Source: Pirellulales bacterium
Lineage (GTDB): Bacteria > Planctomycetota > Planctomycetia > Pirellulales > JACPPG01
DNA: 64,000 bases
NCBI GenBank assembly: GCA_035546535.1
Contig: DASZWQ010000024.1
Location: 77,320 to 141,319, forward strand
Direction: 5' to 3'
Part shown: piece by piece, positions 1 through 8,305 of the stretch
Layout: every line of letters starts with the position of its first letter
Numbering within the stretch: position 1 is the first letter of the stretch
Notes under the pieces: generated by a model
Told to the model about the DNA's origin: nothing
The model's database searches: none
What the model saw: only the letters and a program-made list of their open reading frames with translations
Made by a program: the position numbers and the translations under genes

Positions 1-479
1 AAACTCAGATTCGTGGTCAATTGCGAGCCGCCCGGCGAGTTGGCGAAAATGCTCATCGTGTCGTTGACATTGCCGGGCAGAAAGCTCTCGGTCGCGGACA
101 CCGTACCACTGCCGCCCAATACGGTCGGGACGCCCGTCAGGTTAGCGCCGATGATGGTGTTGCCCAGCGTGACATCGGTAACGCGGTAGGTGAGCAGCGC
201 GTCCGACCCCTGGTTCCCAGGGAGATCGGTGAAAGCACCTTGGAATTGCAGACCGTTGTCACCGTTCAGGGCGGTGAAGGGCGAAACCGTTATGCCGGTG
301 GCCGCGGGCATGTCGCCGGTCTGCAAGTAGCTGAAATTGTCGAACACCAGGTCGCCCACCTGGATCGAACCACCAGGCACGAGCAGGTCGGACAGCGTCG
401 TGGCACGGGCCACGGTGACAGCGCCAATCAAGACAATCGAAAAAGCAATGAGTCGAAGAAAAGTGCGATGCAAAGTCAT
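1..479 (-). CDS. PEP-CTERM-type secreted protein paralogue, partial (N-terminal ~159 aa; C-terminus lies beyond window edge)
   Basis: Absent from the ORF track because it runs off the window edge. My minus-strand translation from the ATG (complement of 477-479) reads MTLHRTFLRLIAFSIVLIGAVTVARATTLSDLLVPGGSIQVGDLVFDNFSYLQTGDMPAATGITVSPFTALNGDNGLQFQGAFTDLPGNQGSDALL... It has a signal peptide and clear block-wise similarity to the 915-1622 product (TTLSDLLVPG; F.NF.YL.TG.MPA; LQFQGAF.D.PGN.GSDA). The + ORF 21-680 is its antisense shadow. Confidence 0.7.
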   Translation of the reverse strand, partial: MTLHRTFLRLIAFSIVLIGAVTVARATTLSDLLVPGGSIQVGDLVFDNFSYLQTGDMPAATGITVSPFTALNGDNGLQFQGAFTDLPGNQGSDALLTYRVTDVTLGNTIIGANLTGVPTVLGGSGTVSATESFLPGNVNDTMSIFANSPGGSQLTTNLS

Positions 480-802
480 AGTTCTCTCAGTTCCCAGGTG
501 CTGAACGTTGTGGATGGTTTTTTGCGAAATCTAAAGGGCCTCTATTCCTCTCTCGGCAACGAACGCCAATACCGCGTGCTGGAAACTCGGTCGTGGCGGC
601 CGGATCTGGGCGAATCAGAGAATCGAACGGTCGGCTCGATCTCACGCCGTGCGAGGACCAGAAATCCGCAAGCGGCTTAAACGAGCGCGGTGCGACGCAC
701 GCGGAAAAGCCGGATTGACTGGCCGGGCGACGGTGCCCAGGAGAATCGCAAGAAAAACAAGCTTTGGATTACCATCCGTGGCTTGTCGCGATTCTCAGCG
801 AG

Positions 803-818
803 AGAGCATTAGCAACTC
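803..818. repeat. Conserved intergenic 16-mer AGAGCATTAGCAACTC (copy 1), preceded by CGCGATTCT at 787-795
   Basis: An identical 16-mer recurs at 1806-1821, with the same CGCGATTCT box 15-16 nt to its left (1791-1799). Further shared blocks are GAATCGCA(A)G, CAAGCTT and AAAAATCCC. Both copies lie in the upstream regions of the two minus-strand PEP-CTERM paralogues. Confidence 0.7.
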
Positions 819-914
819 GTAAAACGGACCGTCGAAAAAGAACTGTGGGGCGTTTGCCCTACCCAACTATAATCACCGCCTGCCGGCGGATGTTCCGAAA
901 AATCCCTAAAATTC

Positions 915-1622
915 TCAAATTGTTTTTTCGTCGCTGGTCGTTGCCTGCCGACGGAGCCATTTCTTGCGACCCGCCACCAGGCCGGCCGTTCCCAAGGCGA
1001 TCGCCGCGAGCGACAGACTAGCCGGCTCGGGGATCGACCCGGTAACGACTTGGAACGATGGCGCGAAGAACGACAACGTCGCGGCCCCGCTGGTCGCCTC
1101 TGCCTGCAGCACGCCGGTCACAGTAAGCGACGTAGTTGAACTCAATCCCGACAACTGATCGATAAGGTGATTCGGGCCCGACGTGCTGGCAAAGATATTC
1201 AGCACCGTGGGCAATTCGGCAAATGATTCGGTGAGCGTGAGTGTTCCTTGACCGATAATGGCCGGATTACCCGACAGGATGGCGCCAAAGAGCGAGTCGC
1301 CTTGATCGGCCGTCACGTGAAACCCAAAGGTGGCGTCGGAGCCGTTACCGGCGGGCATATCCAGGAATGCTCCCTGGAACAATAAACTGTTGGTTGCCGA
1401 CTGTGGGACGACATTGATCGAACTGGGCGCCGGCATCTGGCCCGTGCCCAGGTACGTGAAGTCGCTAAATGTCACGTTGCCCGCGTGCAATGTCGCACCG
1501 GGAACCAGCAGGTCCGACAGCGTCGTCGCCTGCACCGTCCGCGCGGTCAGCAGCAGCGCGAGCCCAAGTGTGGCACGCACGGCAGCAGAGGTCAGCGGAT
1601 GGTTTCGACGTACGACAAACAT
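915..1622 (-). CDS. PEP-CTERM sorting-domain secreted protein
   Basis: 235 aa. N-terminal signal peptide (ATLGLALLLTARTVQA). C-terminal PEP-CTERM signal IPEPASLSLAAIALGTAGLVAGRKKW: PEP motif, hydrophobic helix, basic tail. Paralogous to the partial gene at 1-479. Confidence 0.85.
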   Translation of the reverse strand: MFVVRRNHPLTSAAVRATLGLALLLTARTVQATTLSDLLVPGATLHAGNVTFSDFTYLGTGQMPAPSSINVVPQSATNSLLFQGAFLDMPAGNGSDATFGFHVTADQGDSLFGAILSGNPAIIGQGTLTLTESFAELPTVLNIFASTSGPNHLIDQLSGLSSTTSLTVTGVLQAEATSGAATLSFFAPSFQVVTGSIPEPASLSLAAIALGTAGLVAGRKKWLRRQATTSDEKTI

Positions 1623-1805
1623 GGTTTTTGACGGGGTAAAAATCTTCGGTTAGTTCCGGCAACCTGGTTGCGCCGAGATGCGCGCAACGAAGCACGCAAG
1701 TCCGTGAACAGGAATGGGGCCAGAGGAATCGCAGAAGGGCAGCCCGATGGGCTGCAAGCTTGTCCGGGCTTTCTCAGCCGGCGAACGAAGCGCGATTCTT
1801 GCCGA

Positions 1806-1821
1806 AGAGCATTAGCAACTC
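1806..1821. repeat. Conserved intergenic 16-mer AGAGCATTAGCAACTC (copy 2)
   Basis: Exact repeat of 803-818, about 185 bp upstream of the minus-strand start at 1622. The flanking CGCGATTCT box is at 1791-1799. Confidence 0.7.
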
Positions 1822-2045
1822 AGGGATGCTGGTAAGCCGATGAGCGATACAAACTCGCCATCGACCATGACTGTACTAGAGGGCAGAGATTGTGTAAAGC
1901 TTCTCTTTCCTAAAAATCCCAGATTTTCGTGTCTCTGCCCGTTTGGTGTGTGTGGGGGCGGGGGGGGCGAGAATGGCTGCCCAAGTCTATTAGGGGCGGC
2001 AAATACCGGCCACCGGGCGAGAGGAAACTGCCCACTTCCTTGCAG

Positions 2046-2993
2046 CTACACGTGATCGACCTCCTGCCACCAATCGGCCGCCGCGATTGCAGCCGGATCA
2101 AACGACAACGCCAGATCCAGCGCTTTAACCATCGAAAGCTCCGTACGACGGGGCGAAATGGCAAAAAGCCCCTCCACGGGCGGGGTCGCCGGGAGCCATC
2201 CCCCCACCTGCGCCACGCCCCGCTCACGGGCTAGGGAGATGACTGACCGCAAGAGTGCCTCCCGGCATGCGGCATCCCCACCGCGGACGGCGTGATCCTG
2301 AATGATCAGCTGGCCCTCGGCCGTCGTCAGGCAGACGTAACTGCATTTCTGGCCCCCGGGCTCAACAAGCCAAAAATGCTCTGCCTGCGGCAGCCGGGCG
2401 GCCAGGTGCAGCCAGTATTCCGCGGTCCGGTCGATGGCCAGCGTACGGCGACCGTGGTCGCTCGTGTAAATCTCGGCCAACCGTGGGACCCGCTGCGAGA
2501 ACTCCTCCCCCGCGGCGGCGGCCACGAGCCGCCAACCTGCCTGCGGACTCCCCGCGCCATCGGTCTTGGCGGTGCCAAAGTGCGAGGGGCAAAGCGTGTA
2601 GCCCAGCCGTTCGTAGTAACGCGGCTCAATGTCGCAGAACAGCGCGCTGATTCGCGCCCCTTCGTGTTGTTCGAGCGATTCGATCCATCGAATCAAGCGC
2701 TGCGCAATCCCCTGCCCACGGTATTGCTCGAGCGTGTGGACTGAAGCGATGCCGATGCCTGGGAACGAGCGCCCATGCAATAAGAATCGCAGCGGATGAC
2801 TGGCGAGCGCGGCCACGACGCGCCCTTCGATGCAGCCGACGATCCACCGCGCACGGCGATGGAGCGCGGAGTTTTCGCGACGAGCGACGTGATCCGCCAA
2901 CGACAAGCCCAGCGACCAGACGTCGTGACAATTCTCGTGGGCCTGGCGGCGCTCGGCGTCGCCGGCTACGTGGATGTCGAGAAATTGCGTCAT
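2046..2993 (-). CDS. GNAT family N-acetyltransferase (two-domain, Eis-like architecture)
   Basis: ORF 2046-3473 trimmed to the internal ATG at 2993 (MTQFLDIHVAGD...). The upstream 160 codons are Arg-rich and overlap the divergent gene. Acetyl-CoA binding motif LEQYRGQGIAQRLI (Q/R-x-x-G-x-G/A). A second C-terminal domain follows, as in Eis-like GNATs. Confidence 0.8.
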   Translation of the reverse strand: MTQFLDIHVAGDAERRQAHENCHDVWSLGLSLADHVARRENSALHRRARWIVGCIEGRVVAALASHPLRFLLHGRSFPGIGIASVHTLEQYRGQGIAQRLIRWIESLEQHEGARISALFCDIEPRYYERLGYTLCPSHFGTAKTDGAGSPQAGWRLVAAAAGEEFSQRVPRLAEIYTSDHGRRTLAIDRTAEYWLHLAARLPQAEHFWLVEPGGQKCSYVCLTTAEGQLIIQDHAVRGGDAACREALLRSVISLARERGVAQVGGWLPATPPVEGLFAISPRRTELSMVKALDLALSFDPAAIAAADWWQEVDHV

Positions 2994-3230
2994 GACCAGA
3001 TCGTTCGAGGTAGTGCCATGCGGTGTGCGGTGCTGGTGGCGAGCCACCACTGGCACCCGACTCAGGTTTTGAACGGCGTTTCCATTTGTTTGCAGCCTTG
3101 CGACAGTTTGCTTGCAGCCTTGCGCCTGTGCGGTAGATTGTGGGCGCATTTCGTGGCGGTGCAATCCTTGCCGCCGGCGGTTCGTATCTCTCTTGATTCC
3201 CGTTGGGAGCTTTGTGCGGTGACAACCAAG

Positions 3231-4244
3231 ATGAATGAACGAATCGTGCTGGCCGCCCGACCGGTTGGTTTTCCGCAAGAAAGCGATTTTCGCCTCGAGG
3301 AGCGACCGGTCGAGCAGCCTACTGCCGGACAGTTCCTCGTTCGTATCGGCTACCTGTCGCTCGACCCGTACATGCGCGGCCGGATCAGCGAGGCCAAAAG
3401 CTACGCCGCCGGTGTGCAGCCGGGCGAGTTGATGGTCGGCGGCGGCGTCGGCCGGGTCGAGGCGTCGCAGCACCCGAAATTTGCCGTCGGCGACTTCGTC
3501 GTCGGGCCGAACTTCGGCTGGCAGCGTTATGCGATCTCCAATGGCGCCGGAGTGACGAAAGTCGACCCGAGCCTGGCGCCGGTTTCGACGGCCCTTGGTG
3601 TGTTAGGTATGCCGGGACTGACCGCGTATTTCGGTTTGCTGGAAGTAGGCCGGCCACGGCCCGGCGAAACCGTCGTCGTCTCGGCAGCCTCGGGCGCGGT
3701 CGGCGGAGTGGTTGGCCAGATCGCCAAGATCATGGGGTGCCGCGTCGTCGGCATCGTCGGCTCGGACGAAAAGGCCGCCTATATCCGCGACGAACTCGGC
3801 TTCGATGCCGCGATCAACTACCGCACCGCCGGGAACCTTAGCAAGGCGATCGCCGAGGCCTGTCCCGCCGGAGTGGATGTTTACTTCGAAAACGTCGGCG
3901 GCGAGATCCTCGACGCCGTGATGCAAAACCTCAACTTTCGGGCGCGCATCGCGGTCTGTGGCATGATCGCCGAATACAACCTCGAAAAGCCCGCCGTTGG
4001 ACCGCGCCCTGGGCGCATGATTCTCGTCCATCGCGCCCGCATGGAAGGATTCATCGTCTTCGATTTCCACGATCAATACCCGCAAGCGCTCGCGGCGCTA
4101 GGCCGGTGGGTGCGCGCCGGAAAAATCAAGTATCGCGAAGACGTCATCGACGGACTGCCCAATGCTCCGCGGGCTTTCATTGGCCTGATGCAAGGGAAGA
4201 ATTTCGGGAAGCTGTTGATTCGCGTCGCGGATTTAAATGCCTAA
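3231..4244 (+). CDS. NADP-dependent medium-chain oxidoreductase (alkenal/one reductase, PTGR1/CurA/YncB family)
   Basis: ORF 2796-4244 trimmed to the ATG at 3231 (MNERIVLAARPVGFPQESDFRLEE...), the typical N-terminus of this family. Rossmann motif VSAASGAVGGVVGQIAK. C-terminal NFGKLLIRV is characteristic. Confidence 0.88.
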   Translation: MNERIVLAARPVGFPQESDFRLEERPVEQPTAGQFLVRIGYLSLDPYMRGRISEAKSYAAGVQPGELMVGGGVGRVEASQHPKFAVGDFVVGPNFGWQRYAISNGAGVTKVDPSLAPVSTALGVLGMPGLTAYFGLLEVGRPRPGETVVVSAASGAVGGVVGQIAKIMGCRVVGIVGSDEKAAYIRDELGFDAAINYRTAGNLSKAIAEACPAGVDVYFENVGGEILDAVMQNLNFRARIAVCGMIAEYNLEKPAVGPRPGRMILVHRARMEGFIVFDFHDQYPQALAALGRWVRAGKIKYREDVIDGLPNAPRAFIGLMQGKNFGKLLIRVADLNA

Positions 4245-4288
4245 GCGGTGCATGGAACCCGTCTCGTAGAGAAAGGAAGCGTCGATCG

Positions 4289-4618
4289 ATGGCCCTGCCA
4301 CGTGCGCAACTGAACGAGGTGATCGATATTCGCCCACTCGGCGCGGACATCGCCACGTCGCCCACCTCTACGCTGTTGGTGACGGACGCGCTGGAAGTCA
4401 TTCGCCTCGTGATGCCTGCGGGCAAGAAAATCCCCACGCACCAGGTGCCTGGTGAAATCACGGTGCAATGCCTGGAAGGAAAAATCGAGTTCACAGCCGG
4501 CGATCGCTCGCACGCATTGCGCGCGGGCGAGATGCTGGGACTGCCCGGCGGTTGCCCTCATGCGTTGCACGCGCTCGTTGATGCAACGGTGCTGGTCACA
4601 ATCCTGCTGAAGAAATAA
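4289..4618 (+). CDS. Cupin domain protein
   Basis: ORF 4106-4618 trimmed to the ATG at 4289, preceded by GAAAGGAAG. 109 aa, with a cupin beta-barrel pattern (PAGKKIPTHQVPGEITVQCLEGKIEF...GEMLGLPGGCPHALHA). Confidence 0.75.
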   Translation: MALPRAQLNEVIDIRPLGADIATSPTSTLLVTDALEVIRLVMPAGKKIPTHQVPGEITVQCLEGKIEFTAGDRSHALRAGEMLGLPGGCPHALHALVDATVLVTILLKK

Positions 4619-4651
4619 AACCCTGCGGCACGCCCCGAGGAGAACGACGCG

Positions 4652-5557
4652 ATGAAAATCTTACGCACGCCCGACGAACGGTTTGAAAACCTACCCGGCT
4701 ATTCCTTCGCGCCCCATTACGTGGAGGTGAACGGGCTGCGGATGCACTACGTCGACGAAGGGAAGGGAGACCCGATTCTCTGTCTGCACGGCGAGCCATC
4801 GTGGTGCTACCTGTACCGCAAGATGGTGCCCATCCTATCGCGCGAACATCGCGTGGTCGCACCCGACCTGGTGGGCTTCGGTCGTTCGGACAAGCCGGCG
4901 GAGCGGTCGGACTATACGTATGCGATGCACCATGACGCGGTTGCCGGATTCATCGAAGCACTCGATCTGAAACGCATCACGCTGGTCTGCCAGGATTGGG
5001 GAGGCTTGATCGGCCTGCCGATCGCCACCGAGATGCCCGACCGTTTCCGGGCACTCGTGATCATGAACACAGGCTTGCCGACCGGCGAGCCGCCGCAGAC
5101 CGAGGCGGCGAAAAAGAGCGCCGCCGCCTTCGCCGCGTGGCGAGGCTTCGCCGAGCGCATGACCGATCTGCCCGTCGGATTTGTGATCAAGGGAGCGACC
5201 AAGTCGAACCCCTCGGAAGAGATCATCGCGGCGTACGAAGCGCCGTTTCCGGACGTCAGCTACAAGGCGGGGGCCGCGAAGTTTCCGCTCTTGGTGCCTG
5301 TCGCGCCCACGGACGAAGCGTCGCCGGTGATGATCAAAACGCGCGAGGCCCTCAAGCAATGGAAAAAGCCGGCTCTGGTGATGTTCTCCGACAGTGATCC
5401 GATTACCGCCGGCGGAGACGAGTTCTTTCGCCGGATCATTCCCACAGCCAAGGACGAGCCGGCGATCACGATCCGCGACGCCGCCCACTTCCTGCAAGAG
5501 GACAAAGGGGAAGAGCTCGCCGAGAACATCCGGCAATTCCTCGCGCGGCATCCGTAA
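4652..5557 (+). CDS. dhmA: Haloalkane dehalogenase (HLD-I subfamily, DhlA/DhmA-like alpha/beta hydrolase)
   Basis: 301 aa and collinear with my memory of Xanthobacter DhlA. Matches: N-terminal RTPDERFENLPGY, HGEPSWCYLYRKM, nucleophile elbow VCQDWGG (Asp-Trp), cap-domain Trp in AAFAAWRGF, acid in SDSDPI, and catalytic His in AAHFLQED. Confidence 0.9.
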   Translation: MKILRTPDERFENLPGYSFAPHYVEVNGLRMHYVDEGKGDPILCLHGEPSWCYLYRKMVPILSREHRVVAPDLVGFGRSDKPAERSDYTYAMHHDAVAGFIEALDLKRITLVCQDWGGLIGLPIATEMPDRFRALVIMNTGLPTGEPPQTEAAKKSAAAFAAWRGFAERMTDLPVGFVIKGATKSNPSEEIIAAYEAPFPDVSYKAGAAKFPLLVPVAPTDEASPVMIKTREALKQWKKPALVMFSDSDPITAGGDEFFRRIIPTAKDEPAITIRDAAHFLQEDKGEELAENIRQFLARHP

Positions 5558-5897
5558 GGTTGACGTGGCGTTCGAAGCCCGGCCTGGGATGGATCTCAAT
5601 TCCACCGGCACAGCCGGCAAGTTTTCGCGGCCACGCACCATCGGACCATTCGGCTCGGGCGTTACGAGCCGTGTGGTTTCCGGGGCGTTGGTCGTCTGTC
5701 GATCGATCGTTGTGACGCGTTTTGACGGTCGTAGGTGGTGGTGAGATTATCGGGCGTCACCGCGCGCGAGGATGTTGCGCCCCATGTAGTTAGCGCTCAT
5801 GAGCTGGCCGTGTTGCGACGATCCTCAGGGATGACGGCCATCGAGTGTCGAGCGCCGCGCTCGTTCGGAAGCAAACGCCCGGGTCGATGTGTGATTC

Positions 5898-6521
5898 ATG
5901 TTAAGCAGCGGACGAAATCGTGCGCGAGCAATTCTGGCCCTGTCGGCGATCGTGTTGTCGTCGGCACCGGCGCGCACCGACCAGCCTCCTGCTACCGTAC
6001 GCCAGCCGGTGGTGCAGGCCGTGACGCGTGGAGCAGCCTCGGCGCCGCAGAAGGAGAGGACGACGGTCCACTCGAAGAAAAGTACTCAGCCACGTCAGCG
6101 CGCCACGAGTGCCTCGCCCGTCCGCGCGAATTCGCCGGCTCCGCGCACTGCTGGGCGAGCCAGCATCGCGAAACAACAGCGATCCAAGAACGAGACCGCC
6201 GCGTTAGCATCGCTGCAACCGCCGCAAGTTCCGCCGGAATCGAGCCGCGTGACGCGACCGCTCGACGAGCAGCCCGCCCCCGAGCCGCGCTGTGTGCGAT
6301 TGCCTCCTGGCCCGGATGAAGTGCCTAGCTTCGTGGCGATTCTTGGTTCGGAAGACGCTGCGAATGTTGCCGACCCCGTGCTCGAGCAGCCGGAGAGCGA
6401 GCAGGTCAGGGCGTCGGGAAAGGCATCCACGGCCCGGCCCGCAAAGACAGGCGATCGCCAGCAGGCGGCTCCCAGGGCACGCGTTCAGCCCCGTAGTTCC
6501 ACTCGCTCGCGGCAGATGTGA
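5898..6521 (+). CDS. Hypothetical secreted low-complexity (Pro/Ala/Ser/Arg-rich) protein
   Basis: ATG start and a signal-peptide-like N-terminus (ILALSAIVLSSAPA). G/C is favoured at third codon positions in this frame. No recognisable domain. The competing frame 5735-6319 looks less protein-like. Confidence 0.4.
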   Translation: MLSSGRNRARAILALSAIVLSSAPARTDQPPATVRQPVVQAVTRGAASAPQKERTTVHSKKSTQPRQRATSASPVRANSPAPRTAGRASIAKQQRSKNETAALASLQPPQVPPESSRVTRPLDEQPAPEPRCVRLPPGPDEVPSFVAILGSEDAANVADPVLEQPESEQVRASGKASTARPAKTGDRQQAAPRARVQPRSSTRSRQM

Positions 6522-6627
6522 ACGCTTCCAGGGCATCGGCACGGTGGTTCATTCCCCGCGCCACGCGCTGTAAGATAGCGACCAACCGTTATCCGCTACG
6601 CGCCTGCACACCTGGAATCGCATTCCC

Positions 6628-7533
6628 ATGATGACTTCGCCGCACTCTGCCCGCGTAACCTTCAGCCGACGTTCCTTGTTGGCCTGCCTGCCGTTTGTCG
6701 TTGCCGCTGTCGCGTGCTTCGCGGGGCAGGCCCGCGCTGCTGACAAAAAAATCGTGCTCGTGGCGGGCACGCCCAGCCACGGCGCGGGCGACCACGAATT
6801 CAATGCCGGCGTCCTGCTCTTGAAGAAGTGCTTGGACAATGTGCCCGGCATCAAGTGCGACGCCCATCTCAATGGCTGGCCGAAGGATCCCCACGCCTTC
6901 GACGGCGCCGATGCCATCATGTTATACATGGACGGCGGATCAGGGCATCCGCTGATTCGCGACGAAAACCTGGCGCAGATGCGCGCGCTCATGGCCAAGG
7001 GAGTCGGCCTGGTGTGCGTTCATTATGCGGTTGAAGTGCCGAAAGATCGTGGCGGGCCGGAGCTGAAGGATTGGATCGGCGGCTACTACGAGACCGGCTA
7101 CTCGATCAACCCGCACTGGGTCGCGGAGATCAAGAGCTTGCCGGATCATCCGATCACGCGCGGCGTGAAGACGCCATTTTCGATTCGCGACGAATGGTAC
7201 TTCAACATGCGGTTCCGCCCCGACATGGAAGGAGTGATTCCGATCGTGTCGGCCACGCCACCGGACGGTGTGCGCGGCACACCCGCGGCGAAGGAACATC
7301 CAGGACGCGAAGAGATTTTGGCCTGGGCCGTCGAACGACCCGATGGTGGGCGTGGCATCGGCTTCACCGGCGGACACTTTCACATCAACTGGGGCGATGA
7401 CTATTTCCGCAAGTTGATTCTTAATGCTTTGGTATGGGCCGCCCACGGCGACGTCCCGGCCGACGGCGTGCCGTCGCACGTCGAGCGCGACGAGCTGCGG
7501 CAGAACCTCGACCCGAAGGGGAAGAAGAAATAG
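6628..7533 (+). CDS. ThuA domain-containing protein (class-I glutamine-amidotransferase-like fold)
   Basis: 301 aa. Signal peptide (RRSLLACLPFVVAAVACFAGQARA), then KKIVLVAGTPSHGAGDHEF...DAIMLYMDGG...GLVCVHYA...GFTGGHFH, the typical planctomycete ThuA pattern. Confidence 0.85.
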   Translation: MMTSPHSARVTFSRRSLLACLPFVVAAVACFAGQARAADKKIVLVAGTPSHGAGDHEFNAGVLLLKKCLDNVPGIKCDAHLNGWPKDPHAFDGADAIMLYMDGGSGHPLIRDENLAQMRALMAKGVGLVCVHYAVEVPKDRGGPELKDWIGGYYETGYSINPHWVAEIKSLPDHPITRGVKTPFSIRDEWYFNMRFRPDMEGVIPIVSATPPDGVRGTPAAKEHPGREEILAWAVERPDGGRGIGFTGGHFHINWGDDYFRKLILNALVWAAHGDVPADGVPSHVERDELRQNLDPKGKKK

Positions 7534-7911
7534 CAAGCGAAGCGCATTCTGTAGCCTGGGTCTGCGATCCCGGAGATTCTTGGATGCGGAAAGCCTTGGG
7601 CAGACCGGCTGAAACACATGGCGGCACTCCTTTTTGTCTTTCTGCTGCTCGGAATCGGGGTATTCGCCTTTACGCCGACTTTAGGCAGCGCCCGCGCGCC
7701 GTGGCGGGCAGGTCGACGTGAAATCGAGCCGGAACCGTGGAAGGTTAAATAGCAAAGGGGGGGCCATTAGCGCCATCGGGTCGCTAGCGCCCAAATCAAG
7801 CAGGGCAGGGTCGCCATCAACATCGCGCGGCGAGAACACGCAAGAGAAATTCATCGCGCGAAGAGGACGCGATCGCCCAAGACTGGGAACGTTCCAAAGA
7901 CTTGCGACGGC

Positions 7912-7937
7912 AAAAAATTTTTCAGGACCGGGGTCCA
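7912..7937 (-). terminator. Possible weak intrinsic terminator downstream of tRNA-Phe
   Basis: The minus strand reads GGACCCCGGTCC (short GC hairpin) followed by TGAAAAATTTTTTG, immediately 3' of the tRNA. The stem is very short. Confidence 0.3.
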
Positions 7938-7946
7938 CGGCGACAG

Positions 7947-8019
7947 TGGACAGGGGCGGAGTTGAACCGCCGACACGTGGATTTTCAGTCCACTGCTCTA
8001 CCAACTGAGCTACCTGTCC
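7947..8019 (-). tRNA. tRNA-Phe (anticodon GAA)
   Basis: Minus strand: GGACAGGTAGCTCAGTTGGTAGAGCAGTGGACTGAAAATCCACGTGTCGGCGGTTCAACTCCGCCCCTGTCCA. Acceptor stem GGACAGG/CCTGTCC. D-arm GCTC-AGTTGGTA-GAGC. Anticodon stem-loop GTGGA-CTGAAAA-TCCAC. T-arm GGCGG-TTCAACT-CCGCC. Discriminator A. CCA is not encoded. Confidence 0.95.
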
Positions 8020-8039
8020 AAAACTCTTCGCTCGATCCG

Positions 8040-8081
8040 GTGGCCAACGTGTGGCGGTGGCCAACGTGTGACGGTGGCCAA
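8040..8081. repeat. 17-bp tandem repeat, 2.5 copies (GTGGCCAACGTGTGGCG / GTGGCCAACGTGTGACG / GTGGCCAA)
   Basis: Read directly from the sequence. It starts 21 bp upstream of the tRNA-Phe 5' end, in the presumptive tRNA promoter region. Confidence 0.8.
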
Positions 8082-8305
8082 TCCATGTCGGTTACTCGTC
8101 CGGCCGCGCCGCCGATTCGCCGCAAACTCTGCCATTCAGCCAGCTTGCAGCCTCGAATTCGAACGAAAAAGCAATGGGCAATCGTAAGAGCCATCCCACG
8201 GGTTGTCAATCGCCATCCGGCAGTGCCCGCGCAGGCACGTAGTGGGGGCTCATAGCACCAAGGCCCCCGATCAATGGTAGCTCAGGTTTGTGCGCGTCGA
8301 TCGAC

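Noticed and set aside
21-680. 219-aa + strand ORF at the window start
   Set aside because: Arg/Gly/Val-rich, with no start-site signal. It lies exactly antisense to a much more protein-like minus-strand reading frame (the PEP-CTERM paralogue), so it is a high-GC shadow ORF.
787-1821. Sigma-54 promoter interpretation of the conserved TTGC-containing 16-mer (minus strand GAGTTGCTAATGCTCT)
   Set aside because: The required GG dinucleotide 10 nt upstream of the GC of TTGC is absent in both copies, so the -24/-12 geometry does not fit.
2796-3473. Long N-terminal extensions of ORFs 2046-3473 (-) and 2796-4244 (+), which overlap each other by about 680 bp
   Set aside because: The two extensions are mutually exclusive and compositionally junk-like. 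Both proteins have family-typical N-termini at internal ATGs (2993 and 3231), leaving a normal divergent promoter region.
7618-7752. 44-aa ORF (MAALLFVFLLLGIGVFAFTPTLGSARAPWRAGRREIEPEPWKVK) downstream of ThuA
   Set aside because: It has a plausible single TM helix, but no SD and no way to test conservation here. It is too short to support as a feature.
7534-8305. tRNA-Phe as an integration hotspot (genomic island or prophage boundary)
   Set aside because: There is no integrase, no duplicated copy of the tRNA 3' end, and no compositional break. The flanking genes (ThuA, thioredoxin-fold protein) look like ordinary core-type planctomycete genes.
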